64,000 bases of DNA, taken from Yuukianura sp. NJ FZ-2021 (Eukaryota). Numbering within the stretch: position 1 is the first letter of the stretch; every line of letters starts with the position of its first letter. Below are positions 13,156 through 25,396 of this stretch, piece by piece. The DNA is taken from the NCBI GenBank assembly GCA_046563655.1, contig CM102290.1:4278001-4342000 (forward strand). The letters run 5' to 3'. The translations under genes were made by a program, and so were the position numbers. The notes under the pieces were generated by a model that saw nothing but the letters and a program-made list of their open reading frames with translations, ran no database searches and was not told the origin of the DNA.

Positions 13156-13805
13156 GAGTCCTACCACGCATTATGCCGTGTAACGCACGTTCAAAACCGG
13201 CCATTAGTGTGCAATATTGTATGTTATTGGATTCATCAACGTCATCATCATTCCGTTAACAACAGTGGTACCGCCGTATGTGCTGCTTAATGCCCTGTTC
13301 CTAGTCAACTAACTTTGCAAGTTATAAGTATTCTAAAAAATATATCTAAACAATCTTTAGCTTTTTTTTCAAGAGTTTTTATTTGCCTCATGCAGTATAA
13401 CAACAATAGCACCTACGATTAGCTCTGATTAATTTTGATCATCCATGATTACCACATCTTTTGCAATTAAAGTCTATGTGAGTACAACTTGAGTATTCTA
13501 TATCCGAAATTAAAATATATGTTATATATATATATTACTCTCTGTAAGTTTAGTCAAATTAGTGTAAAATTCTCTATTATTATTAACTTTGGACAATTTC
13601 TTTGATATGGTGCTGGACAAATCAAGCATTGACTCCACAAATATCTCAGGTTCATTTGAAGAACTGTTGAAGGTACTGTTGGCATTGACAATTATTGACA
13701 TGCTGGCAGTCATCTCCTTCACTCAACGCAATCTAGTTCCTTGGTTTCCTTGACTATCGGAAGACTGTTGGCCAAAAGACGAATAAGAAGTGTTTGGTTA
13801 CTTCA

Positions 13806-16800
13806 TTATCTGGAATCCGAGCTTCCGCTTCCACTCATTTCGGAGTTACTATCTTGACGAGTGGAAGTGCTAACAGCTCGGGTTGCTTCTTCTGGCAAGT
13901 TGGAAGGATTAGTAAGGATATCCGTTGTAGTGCATAGGAAGCGAAGTGAATTCAGTACGGCTGAAAGTGATACAAGAAAAATTATGTTCCTCGTATATTT
14001 TTCTGTCATTTCGTAAGGACAAATAAGTTTAATTCTGTTACCGGGTCTGAGATCAACTAGTGAGCAATGCTGATCAATCCACGTCAGAACTGTTCTGCAC
14101 AGTTCATCCAAGCTGGAAGTGGAAACAGCGTTATTGAAGGAATCCAGGAGTGGTCGAATCAAAATGCTAAACTGCAAATGGTTTCAAAACATTCTTGTCA
14201 ATGAAAGTTTGAAGATAGGCTCAAAATTAATTGGATTTGAGGAACAGTTTTCACAACCCAAATGAGTTAGTAAGCAAACTATTAGTAAATATTAACAGCA
14301 ATGAGAAGTAACTTACTAGCCAAAACTTCCAGTTTTCCAGAGTCCTCATGCGAACCCATTGATCAAACATCTCCTTCATTTTGTTTGTCCTTTGACGTGA
14401 TACAGGAGCTCCAGTGGCAGGTAACATTGACTGACAGTTGTTGATTGCTGAATTTAACGCTTCCACTTCTTGACGATGGGCTTCTATTTCTTGCTTCAGT
14501 TTGCCCCGCTCAACTTTCAACTGACGAATATATTCAGCACCTTTTTGAAGCATAGCCGCCTTACTCACCTATCAATATCAAAAAAAGAGTTTTCACTTAA
14601 TTGATGCATGAATTAACAATTAGTAACAACAATAACTGAACAGTCCACAGAAAAGAGAACGAGCATCCAAGTAGCTAAGAGAAACTAAGATATTTCTGTT
14701 GACTTGTTTCTTACCTTGGCATTTGGATTGTGACTCAGTTGAGGTATCAGCGAATGGAGCATATCAAATCCATTCTTGATATTGCAACGACGCTTTTGCT
14801 CGGCGTTTATATGGCACACTCTCCGATGTTCCTGGAAGACCTTGGATTGACAAAAGATGTTAACTAACTTTTAAAGTAACGCTTATGCTCAGACACAATG
14901 GTTTATAAGAATTACTCTTTCGTTGTCATTCTTTCCTCGGAAAAGTTTCGGCGGCGTTGGAGGACCACTGCCTGAATGTCCCATTGGAGGAGACGGAGAA
15001 GTTGGGATACGCGTTGGAGATCCCATCTCTGTTGATCCCCCATTGATGTTTGTATGCGTACTGCCTTGCGAGTACGTCTTGGCTCCGAAATTTAACTATT
15101 ATAAACAACAGCAGACGTTTTCACACACTTCAACACCCAAAAATGATAATAATACGTTTGAGATAGTTTTGCATGGATTCAGATCGTACCGAAACATTTG
15201 AACTAAGGGTGTCTTTGGCATTCTTTGGATTCCATGGTTGCTGTTGATGCTGCTGGATGTCAATAAGACTGCCAGGCATAGGGATACTACTTTCCTGCTG
15301 CGGCATCACGTGTTGGTTTGACACATTGGCGGATATATTTTTCTCCAATGCTCCCGCCGTATTCGTCGCATAGTGGCCATGACCTATTGAATCCATAAAA
15401 GCAAACAGTACAAATACGATTTTCCAGAAGATAGAGAGCTTATAGCAACCCTAACGACTATGGACCAATGTTGCGTTGAGTTCGGGGTCCGCAGTATGTA
15501 TTATACGTATAATACATTTGCGTGGTGTAATACCGTATATTTCACGATGTCCCAAAGCTAAATGCATTCAGGATGTGTAACACGTATTACACAATTATGC
15601 GTATAATACGGTATTTTACGGACCCTGATTGAGGTACATCCCGTCACCATGAACGGTTCAAGCAGGAAAACCAAATTCCGTGTTAATTCAATACACAGCA
15701 CCATCATGCAAGTCACAACATATTACGCGACACTTACTCGGAGTTGTCAGAAGATGAGACAGGAGTGTCTGGGAGCTATTCATTGCGGGTGACATTTGTA
15801 TGTGGCTCATTTGCCCAGATGAAGACTGACTGGATGCCTGGGAATTGGTACTAGCGAGTGGTGCCATTGAAACTGTTGAGTGGGAAGACGACTGATTCCG
15901 ATTGCCACTTCTGGAGCGTCCTCTGGGCTTACCCTAAGAAGTCAAAAAGTTAAATAAATTACATATTTAGATATGAAATGATTTTGACTGGGATAAAGAT
16001 TTGATGATTATGCAAAGTTAGCGCCATTTGCAATGCCTGATTCCTCTTCTCTGGAAACTTTAGTTGCATTTGAAATACGGTGCATGACCAAGACCATGGT
16101 CATAGTGGATGAGAAGGCGAAAAAAAAATCATAATCTACAGATAAGACTAAGCTATTTCAATCACTATTACTACATTCTACCATAAATTGTACAGGGAGC
16201 TGCAAGCGAAAACTATGATCTGGTGACAACAAGATTTCAGTATAGAAAAAGTTAGCATAAAATGAAATACTTAGTAGGTCCAGCACTCATCTTGCATATA
16301 TTGCAACTAACCTTGGGCACGGCAAACATGTCATCGCGATAGTTGGACGAATATCCTGAAGGCGTCTTCTCGCCACCTTGTTTTTGAGTGTCTTTGGAGA
16401 GAGCTAAATTCTGTAACGAAGTCGAGGAAGTTCGACTGTTAGGCTCAGGCGTTTGTGTCATAGGGTAAAACATGTTTTGGGCCGAATTGTCACTGATATT
16501 TCCATAGGATCCTTGTTGATTTTGGACATTGGATTGTTTTGAATATTGACTCTGTTGCATCCTGGACTGTATCAAGTTCGGAAGATCTGCATTCATAAGT
16601 AGATCCTCAGACAAGTCCAGATTGTCCATTTCAATTTGCTCAGGAACAGATGGAAGGAATTTGGTGGTGACATAGTCTAATAAATAAGAAAACAAATATT
16701 ATTGCACATATCTAAAAAATTGTTGTACATGAGACTTTTCTAACCGTGAAGCTCAAAGGTATCCATAAAGTCGTCTAAATTCGGTTGAAGTTGTACAAGT

Positions 16801-19800
16801 CCAGGTTGGATGAAATCAGCCACCATTCCAGCTCGAGCTAGTAACAAAGAAAATCATACACTTCAATCCAGTTTTCGATCTTCTCAGAATTAATTATCTC
16901 GTAGCCTTTTCCATTAGTCCATCAAAACTTTAGTTTCAAGGCGCCAAGGTCTACCTAGTACATGTGTTAACAGTCCAAATTTAGGAAATGCTAGTTTTTT
17001 AGTTAGATTGTCATAAAGTTTAAACCCAAAAGTGTCGACACCAAAATTAAATAAATTCCAAATTCAAGATCATGCATTAACTGATGAGAACATAATGGAC
17101 GTTGAACAACCTGGCTAATTCGCAAGTGGATAGTGAACCATAGTCAACATCATCAAATTTTGTTAGTTTCAAAAAAATGGAATTTCTGAGAATTCATTTT
17201 AGCACACAGTAGAAGCCAAGAAAATTTAGCATGGTTCCTCCGTAGTGGTCGTTATTAAGTAGCAGAAGCATTGCTACATCGGAAGATAGCTTATGAAATT
17301 ATCTGTTCCTAAAGAACTCCAGCCTCTTAAATCTCTATGCGTTTCATCTTGTGCATGTCAACATGATTCAGTTACGTAATCAGTAGGGTTACCTAGCATC
17401 TCCGTTGAATAGGTAATACAGAAAAACTCTTAAGTAAGTAGCGTCCCATTCCTATTCACCCATGTAGTACTTAAGCGGTTACAACCTTCTAAAGTGGTTT
17501 TCAAATTGGTGCATTATACAGTCTCCTTCATAACTCCAATAGTACATGCCCTGGCCACAATAATTTAGCGCTCCTGACCTTACCGACCACCAGCGTCTCT
17601 ATTTCCCTCTCTTCCTCCTAGTAAACGCTATGCTAAACATTGTGCAATGAGTTAAATATATCTAATATGTGTTAGATTGCGTCATGTCACTCACAGAGTT
17701 CTCTTGGATTAGGAAACGCAAAGGGCTGTGAAGACAGGCTCGAAAAAAGTGTATCACTAAAATCCATAAGAAGCTCATCGTCAAAAACTAGGTTTGACAT
17801 CGGGCCACCTCCGAATGTGCCTGGCCTGTTCCAGTCAAACCCATCCAACGAAATAGGATGCTAAAAAATACAGTCGAACAAAATAAGTGGCACTTACAAA
17901 GCATAGTTTCAAAGTCTGCTGCTAAATATGCTGAATCTTACCAAGTCAGGCACAGGATGATGATGACTCCAGCCCATTATCCGATTCCGGTAGAAAAGAC
18001 GCCACTTCTTGTACTCGGCTGCAACAGTTGACAACTTCCTTTTCCAGTACTTCCCCTCCATAACAACGGCCTATTATTTCAAAAACGAAGTTAGCTTTAG
18101 CAGAACTTCTAGTTCGGGTATGATTGAAGAACAAAAGTATTTTTGTTTTGTTCACCTCTGGCTTATTGTGCTGGTCATTGTCCAACGGTGACGCAAATTG
18201 ACACACCATAGCTCTTTGTTTTAGGATAACTGGAATTAAAATAAAGAATACATTACTGTCAAAGTACAATGTTCACGTTGACAACGCAAGTAATGATACG
18301 TTCTTAGACCCATCTTATCAGGACTGCATTTCAGTTTTAAGAAAAGGAATAGGAGGTGGAAATGATGACAATCAGACTTACATTGCATATGCCAGCACCT
18401 CCAAATCACATTATTCAGTCGAATTTTATCCTTCCAGCGAAGTCTAACGCCTTTGAACGGATTCCATTTCGGAGACGTCAACTTTTGCCTGGAAAAATAG
18501 CATAAAGTTAAATAAAGTTTATGGTTAAAATCATATTTCTGAATCTAAACTATTCAGATTCTTGTTCAAAAGTTCCTAAAATAGGACACTAAATTCGCAT
18601 GAAAATGCAAGGGAAACTTTTGCGTCATAGACGTTGACGTCTATATGGCCATAAATTGTTACAAACTAACTAAAATTTGTTTTGTTTACAAAATCGTCCG
18701 GCAGGCATTGCGGGTGTTATAATTTGCGCAAACAAAATGAAATTGCAAATGCAATGTAGCTAAGAAAACAGCCCAATCAAAATTAACAGCGTTTGGTACA
18801 AAATCGTAATTAACAAACCAAAATGTCAGAAGTTCTGAAATTTCTTGTCAATAAACTTCTTCTGAAGTCGTTAAAATTCTCATTGTTAGAAGGTCCTACC
18901 AATAATCCTAAATTGCAAATGCTACTAAGTGGTTCCAGTGATGAATATTATTTACCATCCTACACTGTGCCTCTGCATTCAAAAAATTTCAGTTAACTTT
19001 AAGAAAATGTTTCAGAAAAAAACGCCGGAAGAGCCAAACCAAGCGATTATCGAATTTTCAGACACAACCAAGATGCCCACGACCACGACCTTTCGGCTTA
19101 TCCATGGAAACCAGACGTAGAAACACAGGAAGAGACGCTGTGTAGCATAAATCCGGACAAACATATCATAACGCATCTCTGCATCTAGTTATTACGTCTC
19201 AAAACCGTTTAGCATCACATAATACTTAATAATTATGTAGTTAGTATCCGCATCAAACAGCCATTTCGTCAGCATTCTATTTCATATTGGTTCCGTTTAT
19301 CTCAATTAGACAACTATTACGTACAGACATCCAAAGGCTATTTGATGAGTACATACACAACATCAGCCCTTAAGAACTGACTATATTTCAAATAAGTCTT
19401 AAATCATTAAATCTCCTATAGTAAACATGATGTAAAGCTATCAGCATTCATTCATACAACTTTTATGCTCATCTTTTCAATATTTATCTTGAGACCACGA
19501 GATGATGTGATGTCCCTATGAAATGTCAAAAAGAGGCCACAAAAATATACTGTTTTGTTATAATTTTCAAACCGTAAAAGCGGTTAAGTACTCTGCGTTG
19601 CTCAAGTAATACTACCGTATCTGCCTATGAACCGGGTCTTATCAGTGAAATTTTTGAAATTTGACGCTTTTCCCTGAAAACTGAAGATTTTCCTTTTAAC
19701 CAAGTGCATTGGGCAGGAGTTGTTCAGAAACGTATCAAATCTGAACTTTAAACTGTTTTAATGTAAATTTCAATTCATGATATCCATCGTACGTCTTATA

Positions 19801-22539
19801 GGCAAGGAAATACGGTAATATTGTGGCGTTCAGTTTGGTTTAATTTCCTTTAGGGTCTATGGTGTTAGTTAGAGTTAGAATTAGGAGTTGTGTTTTGTTA
19901 AACGGGCAGAGGAAATTCCAGGAGGTTCACGAATCGAAACATTCTATCTGGAACATAAAAATAAAGTTAAAGGCGTGAGAATGCGAAATGCCTTAATAAT
20001 TCAACATAAAAAGTAGTCGAGGTCGAGTTTTTTGAGGTGTAAAAAGTAAAAAGAGGTTGGTAATGCGAAGAGATAAGTGGAGACGAGTAACGGGTTTGTC
20101 GTGATAGCTCAGTTGAAGAGCAAATTAAAACCACTTTCCACTTTCGATGACCTTGAATTATTACTACTACAAAAGTACATTCAGTATTTACGCCTCAATG
20201 GGAAAAGCGAATCCGAACTCTGCTCCGAAGTGTAGGCACGCCCTTTAGTTTTTTTTTTAAGTTCCTAAACCTTAAGGCGTAAATGTGTACATGTTTTGGG
20301 TAATAAAAAGTTTCACCTTGCTGGAAATACTTTGGAAACACAAAGTTTGATTCATCAAAAGAAAAGTTTCGGATAACATACGATGCTTTCAAGCTTATTT
20401 ACTGCCGTAGCGGCCATTACGACCTGTATGACATAGCAAAAAACCAACATTGGAATCGCGTAATAAATCTCTCTATATAAACTACAAATTTGCAATTGCT
20501 GCAAAATTTAATTTAACAAAAGGCACTTCACTTCGGCAGATTCTTTCATCAAGACAAAATACGGTAATTATGAATCAATGTTTTTGATTCTGCATTTTAA
20601 ACATAGGAATGGTTATCTTTCGCAGCATACTTTGCAAAATTCGCGAATGTGCATCATGGAATGAAAAAGATTGCAATCGTCATTTGGGGTAAGTTAGAAT
20701 CCACTTTAAGTTCAAGGTCCCTATTGTATTGCCTACTGTAGTTTATGGGTTGGGCGGAAAGGTGTGTCCCAATAGAACGCCTCTATGCCTCGCCATTAGT
20801 CGATTTTGATCAATATAAGTACACGATTTGTAGAACAAAGTTGGAAGCAGAAAACGCGACGTTAATAATGTTCAGATAGTAGTAGTTTACATTCTATCAG
20901 CACCTTGTGAAGTATTCCATACTACTTACACGATTACCCCATTTTTCCACCTCATCCACTTTACCGACCATCGACTTGGCCATGGATTGATGGAAAAACA
21001 GCTTAACATTACAATTTTGCAAAAAAAAACAACATACAATCTCGTTTTCGATTAGCAAGTCTGTCGTTGTGGTCGGGATTAAAGATTACTAAAATTTCAC
21101 TGGTCACTATAGAAAATAGATGCTAAAACCAAAGAGCTAAATTGTCTGTCTTGTGAGAGTGAGACGATTAATCACTCGTTCATAAAGTGGACATTTCTTT
21201 CGATAAAGATGCATCCCAAAATATGGACCATAAAGGCGCATGGGCATATAGAGACTGAAGTGGAAAATGAACTGCGACATATTTACGTTAAGGCCATTGA
21301 GGTTAACTTAACTAAAACAAGCAGATAAACTTCGTACCTGTAAGCGAGTGACATGCATTGGAAGAGCTTTGTAAGTGACCCATCAATGATTGTTGATTGC
21401 GGTTGGGCAAAAGCGAATCCAGCACGACCTTCAAAAGAAGTTAATCCGCCTAAATGAGGTCGGTGAACCACAACAGCACTACTCTGTACCGGGGGAACTG
21501 CTTGACTTGGATTAAATTTTTGCTGAACTGCATTGACATTCCCAAATTGTCCCACATTCCGCATGTTCTGGGACGCATTCCCGCCACTTGACAATCCATA
21601 TCCAGTGTCTTCCGTCACACATGGAACCGGCATCCCGGCTTCATACTCTTCATCCAAGACTTCACTTTCTGGCTCAAAATCCGATACCATAAATTGACCT
21701 GAGTGAATGGTCTCCCTGTGCGTCCCACCAGTCACTCCGCATGCTTTTTGATTCATTTGGTTTCCATAATCCATGGTTGTGGGAGAGAATATCGTGGAAG
21801 TACTTTGGTAACTGCTGTTCATGACAGTTGACTGAGGATACATGTTGGAGTGTTGGCTTGAAGGCGACGCTGAATGATTCAGGTTTGACTTTGGATAAGG
21901 TCCTGTGTGACGTTCACTTGATGTCTGATGCAAAGTCGACTTTGAACACGGCCCTGAATGATGACTGGAAGTTCCTGGAGGATGTGAAAACCGTGGACAA
22001 GGTCCAGAATGGTGCTCTGATGGAGACTGGTGTTCCAACCCCGAATTAAACTTTGGGCAAGGACCTTTGTGGTGCAAGTTCAGTTTTGAACAAGGTCCTG
22101 AGTGATGCTCACTTTGTGACCGCAAGTTTAACTTCGGACAAAGTGAAGTGTGAATGTGAGGTTGAGTTGAGTGATGCTGATTTAGTTGTGTATATTGTGG
22201 TGACTGATTTTTCGGGGAATTCGATTGGTGCAAAATTAAATCTGGACATGGGGATATGTGATCCTGTGCTGCCGATGTCGTAGGATTGTGCAAAGATAAC
22301 TGAGGACATGGCGACGTATGATGAAGATTTAGCACTTGATTTGATATTTGGGGAGCCGAATGGAGCGATGATGCAGAGTTTGTAGAATTGAAGTAACGAT
22401 TGTCACGCACAGTGTAGTCTTCAGTCAGCGTATGAGGGTTCAAACTTGAAGGATTGTTTTGAACTACTCCTCTGCTTTTGCTATGCAGCGAGACATCCCG
22501 GGTCATCTTCCTCAGCTGTTCCACAGCTCCTGCACACAT
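13806..22539 (-). CDS. Mondo: Mondo/ChREBP (MLX-interacting protein) bHLH-ZIP transcription factor
   Basis: Mondo conserved regions IHSGQFMVS, SLTKLFQCMSLAY, KLTSPKW...RLNNVIWRCWHMQ, VCQFASPL, EGKYWKRK...EYKKWR and FPNPRE...ADFIQPGL. bHLH HINAEQKRRCNIKNGFDML...SKAAMLQKGAEYI at ~14840-14500, and C-terminal WKFWLFS...LDSFN. About 14 exons, the first being 22539-21338. Confidence 0.96.
15483..15627. mobile_element. hAT-like MITE in a Mondo intron
   Basis: Imperfect ~30-bp terminal inverted repeats: left CGGGGTCCGCAGTATGTATTATACGTATAAT, right reverse complement CAGGGTCCGTAAAATACCGTATTATACGCATAAT. The 8-bp flanks GTTGAGTT and ATTGAGGT match at 6/8 (degraded TSD). No ORF. Confidence 0.65.
19615..19815. 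mobile_element. Tc2/pogo-like (Tc1/mariner superfamily) MITE in Mondo intron 1
   Basis: TA|CCGTATCTGCCTAT ... ATAGGCAAGGAAATACGG|TA: CCGTA termini flanked by TA on both sides, with an imperfect inverted repeat. Confidence 0.55.
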
Positions 22540-25396
22540 TGGACGGAAATCATTGAATTTTAAACACGAATATCAAACAAATCGATAGAGAATTGTAAGT
22601 GAAGTAACAAGTAGTATAATATTATGCACTTAGTTAAATTCACACTCACCGATTGCAAAGATGTCCGTAGTACACCACTTTAAGGTTTCGAAGTAAACTA
22701 AAAGAACTTACATAAAATATATAACGCAATTACGCAGTGTCCCACTCAAGCTTCCAGATTGATTCTTGCTAGCGTATATCGTAATCATATGCTTCTTCAA
22801 ATTAAAATGTTAATAAATCTGAGTCCATTCTTATAGCTACTACGCAAAATAATTATTGTAGTCACGTAACGACACCGCGAAAACGGTACTTAAACACGAA
22901 CTTCACTTATCCTTGTTCAACTTACTCCTCTTGTTCCACAGTAATTTACGGTTAGGATTGAAAGCTGTAATGACGAATCGTAAACGCCGATGCGAGTATG
23001 CCCGACACTTTCCTATATTAATTAACCTAGTACCTAGAAATGAAAACCTTGACAATTATTAAAATTAAGATGAAATTAAAAGGGAAGACGTTCACCCTAC
23101 CACCACTACGCGTGACTCTAATCGACCTCTTCAACAAATGGAATGAGACGAGGCCAACTACAACCCTCACGTTTTCTTGCTCAGCAACAACTCTACAGTC
23201 TACACTCTCTGAAAACCCAGCAGCACATTGAGTGAGGACCACGGCCAGCGAACTGGATGCTACTTGTTGGTTTTCCGTCTGTCCGTCCACCAATTACCAT
23301 TTAGTAATAGACGTGACGCAAACAAAACGACTAAATACTAACCAAATAAACAACTATAATAACTACAATAACAATACAATAATAAAAATAACTAATAATC
23401 GAAACTGATTCTGAATTCTAACGCAATCAGAATCAAATTAATAGTAACAGTTTTCGTGAGTTTTTCTTATTCTGGGAAATTTGAAATTTAAATCCAACTA
23501 GAATAAATAAGGTCCAGGATTTACGTTAGTTAGAAAGAAAGCAACGGGCAGCTGATGAACATATAAAAACTAAAAAATATGAGCGGTGGAGAGTACCGCC
23601 GCGCCGCTCATTGTGATGCCGCAAGGGCGTCAACTGTTCTCCTATTAAATTAAGTTACTGCAATACAATAACCGAGAGAAATAAGAAACTTAAATTAATT
23701 AGTAACCACTGTTACTTTCACGCAGCATACAAATTAATCAGGGTTTCGAATTCGATAGGTGATATGGAACAAATGTTTAGCTTCCATGGCCGTAATGTTA
23801 GCGAAAGCAAAACTTTGGCGTCTACTAAATATTCATTGATTTCCCCGTGCCCTTAATGTTAATTAAGTCAATATTTCGAGGTTTTTCATAAAAAATATTT
23901 AATATTTAAATATTTCGCCTGTTTTAAGGAAATATTTTTTCGTCTAGGATAATGCGAGGAAAAAGAATTTACAATCCGCGGTTTGTAAATTCGTTTTCTA
24001 AAGAATTGGAAAAAGTTGAGATATCAAGTAGAGCGAAATATAAAATTTGAATTTTTGAATGTTGAGATTTTTTTTCGGCTGTCTTGCTTTGCTAATCGGC
24101 TGCACTTTGATTATGGAGATTTCTTCCATGTGTACTATAGCTCGGCACTTTTGTTGAGCTCGAGTTCCTTCAATTTGGAATTCGTTGAAATGAGGGAATG
24201 CACTGTGCACTTTCGTTCCGTTCTTGTGATCTGCGATTTGTTGAGGTCACTCATATGCTCTCAAGTGTTCCGTAAAGATAAGAGCGATTTTTATAGAGCT
24301 GATGCTTTACTTTTTGTTATAATTAGCTTCTTTTCCTACTCGTTTTGATTTCTTTGCTTTAAAAGCAGAAACGCTGATGTCAAAGGCAGTTTTCGTTTTG
24401 TTTAAACCAATTTAAAAAATTTTGGTTTTAAACCAACTGTTTTTGTTTTAATAAAAACCAAAGTGGTTTTTGTTGTGAAAATTGCTCATTTGATCATTCA
24501 TCCAAATCGTCAGCAAATTTCAACAAAAATTTTGGTTTAAACTATAAACAAGTTTTATTTTTATATTTTATGCAAAAAACCAAAAACCACCGAACTCTGG
24601 TGAATGGAATGCTGACAAGCATTCCTTTAATCTGGCGTTATTGAATTTATATAACTTTGACAAATAATATACCCAAGCGATGTATATTTTTCCGATTAAA
24701 GTTAGATATTGAAAATATTAGTTTGATCTTCTAGAAAGCCAAATTTATCGTAAGAAGTTAATTACTTTGCACCTTTTAAAACCGCAAAAAAAATCAAAAA
24801 TAGGGAGAACATAAACCAATGCATGCTTCTTTTGCTTTTAAAGCAAAAAAAAAAAGGAAAAAAAAAGTATTTGCTTAAAGGATCGTGGAAGGCTGAATTA
24901 GAATTAGATACATAGTAGTACTGCCTTTGTTCCGATCCCCTTTCCTGCGAGCGTAGATCTGGGATTGCAAAGTGCCGAGCTTTGCCTATGCTTGTCATTT
25001 AAAAAAAAATTAACGTTGATTTTATAAAAATTCTTCATTCTCGTTACCGGCTTGGACAAGTGGGTCTGTTTTTTTAATCCTTTTTTTTAATACTAATTAC
25101 TTGCTCTGCTGGGAGGTGTCAAACTTAAAGAGGATTGCGAATCACTACTTCCGGAATCCGGGTTAATCGTAGGTTCATATTGGAATTGGACTTATATTGG
25201 AATTTCCAATTGGGAAATTCTTCAATTTTATGATTCTTTCGTTAAAAAATTATCTTCCGAATGAGTTTATGTTAGTCAACTTTTAGTAGGTCTCAATGGC
25301 CTCCTAATAAGTCAAATGATTTGTTTGTTTGTTAGTGTGGACCTTGAATGACTAAAGCGATCGCAGCGGTACGTCAACGGTATTAGAGCTAAAACA

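Noticed and set aside
13522..13722. Minus-strand ORF downstream of the Mondo stop (readthrough candidate)
   Set aside because: Not in frame with Mondo, and Mondo ends in a double stop TAA TGA.
24385..24600. AT-rich TTTTGGTTT/AAACCAAAA fold-back patch as a MITE
   Set aside because: The inverted matches are low-complexity and no clear termini or TSD could be defined.
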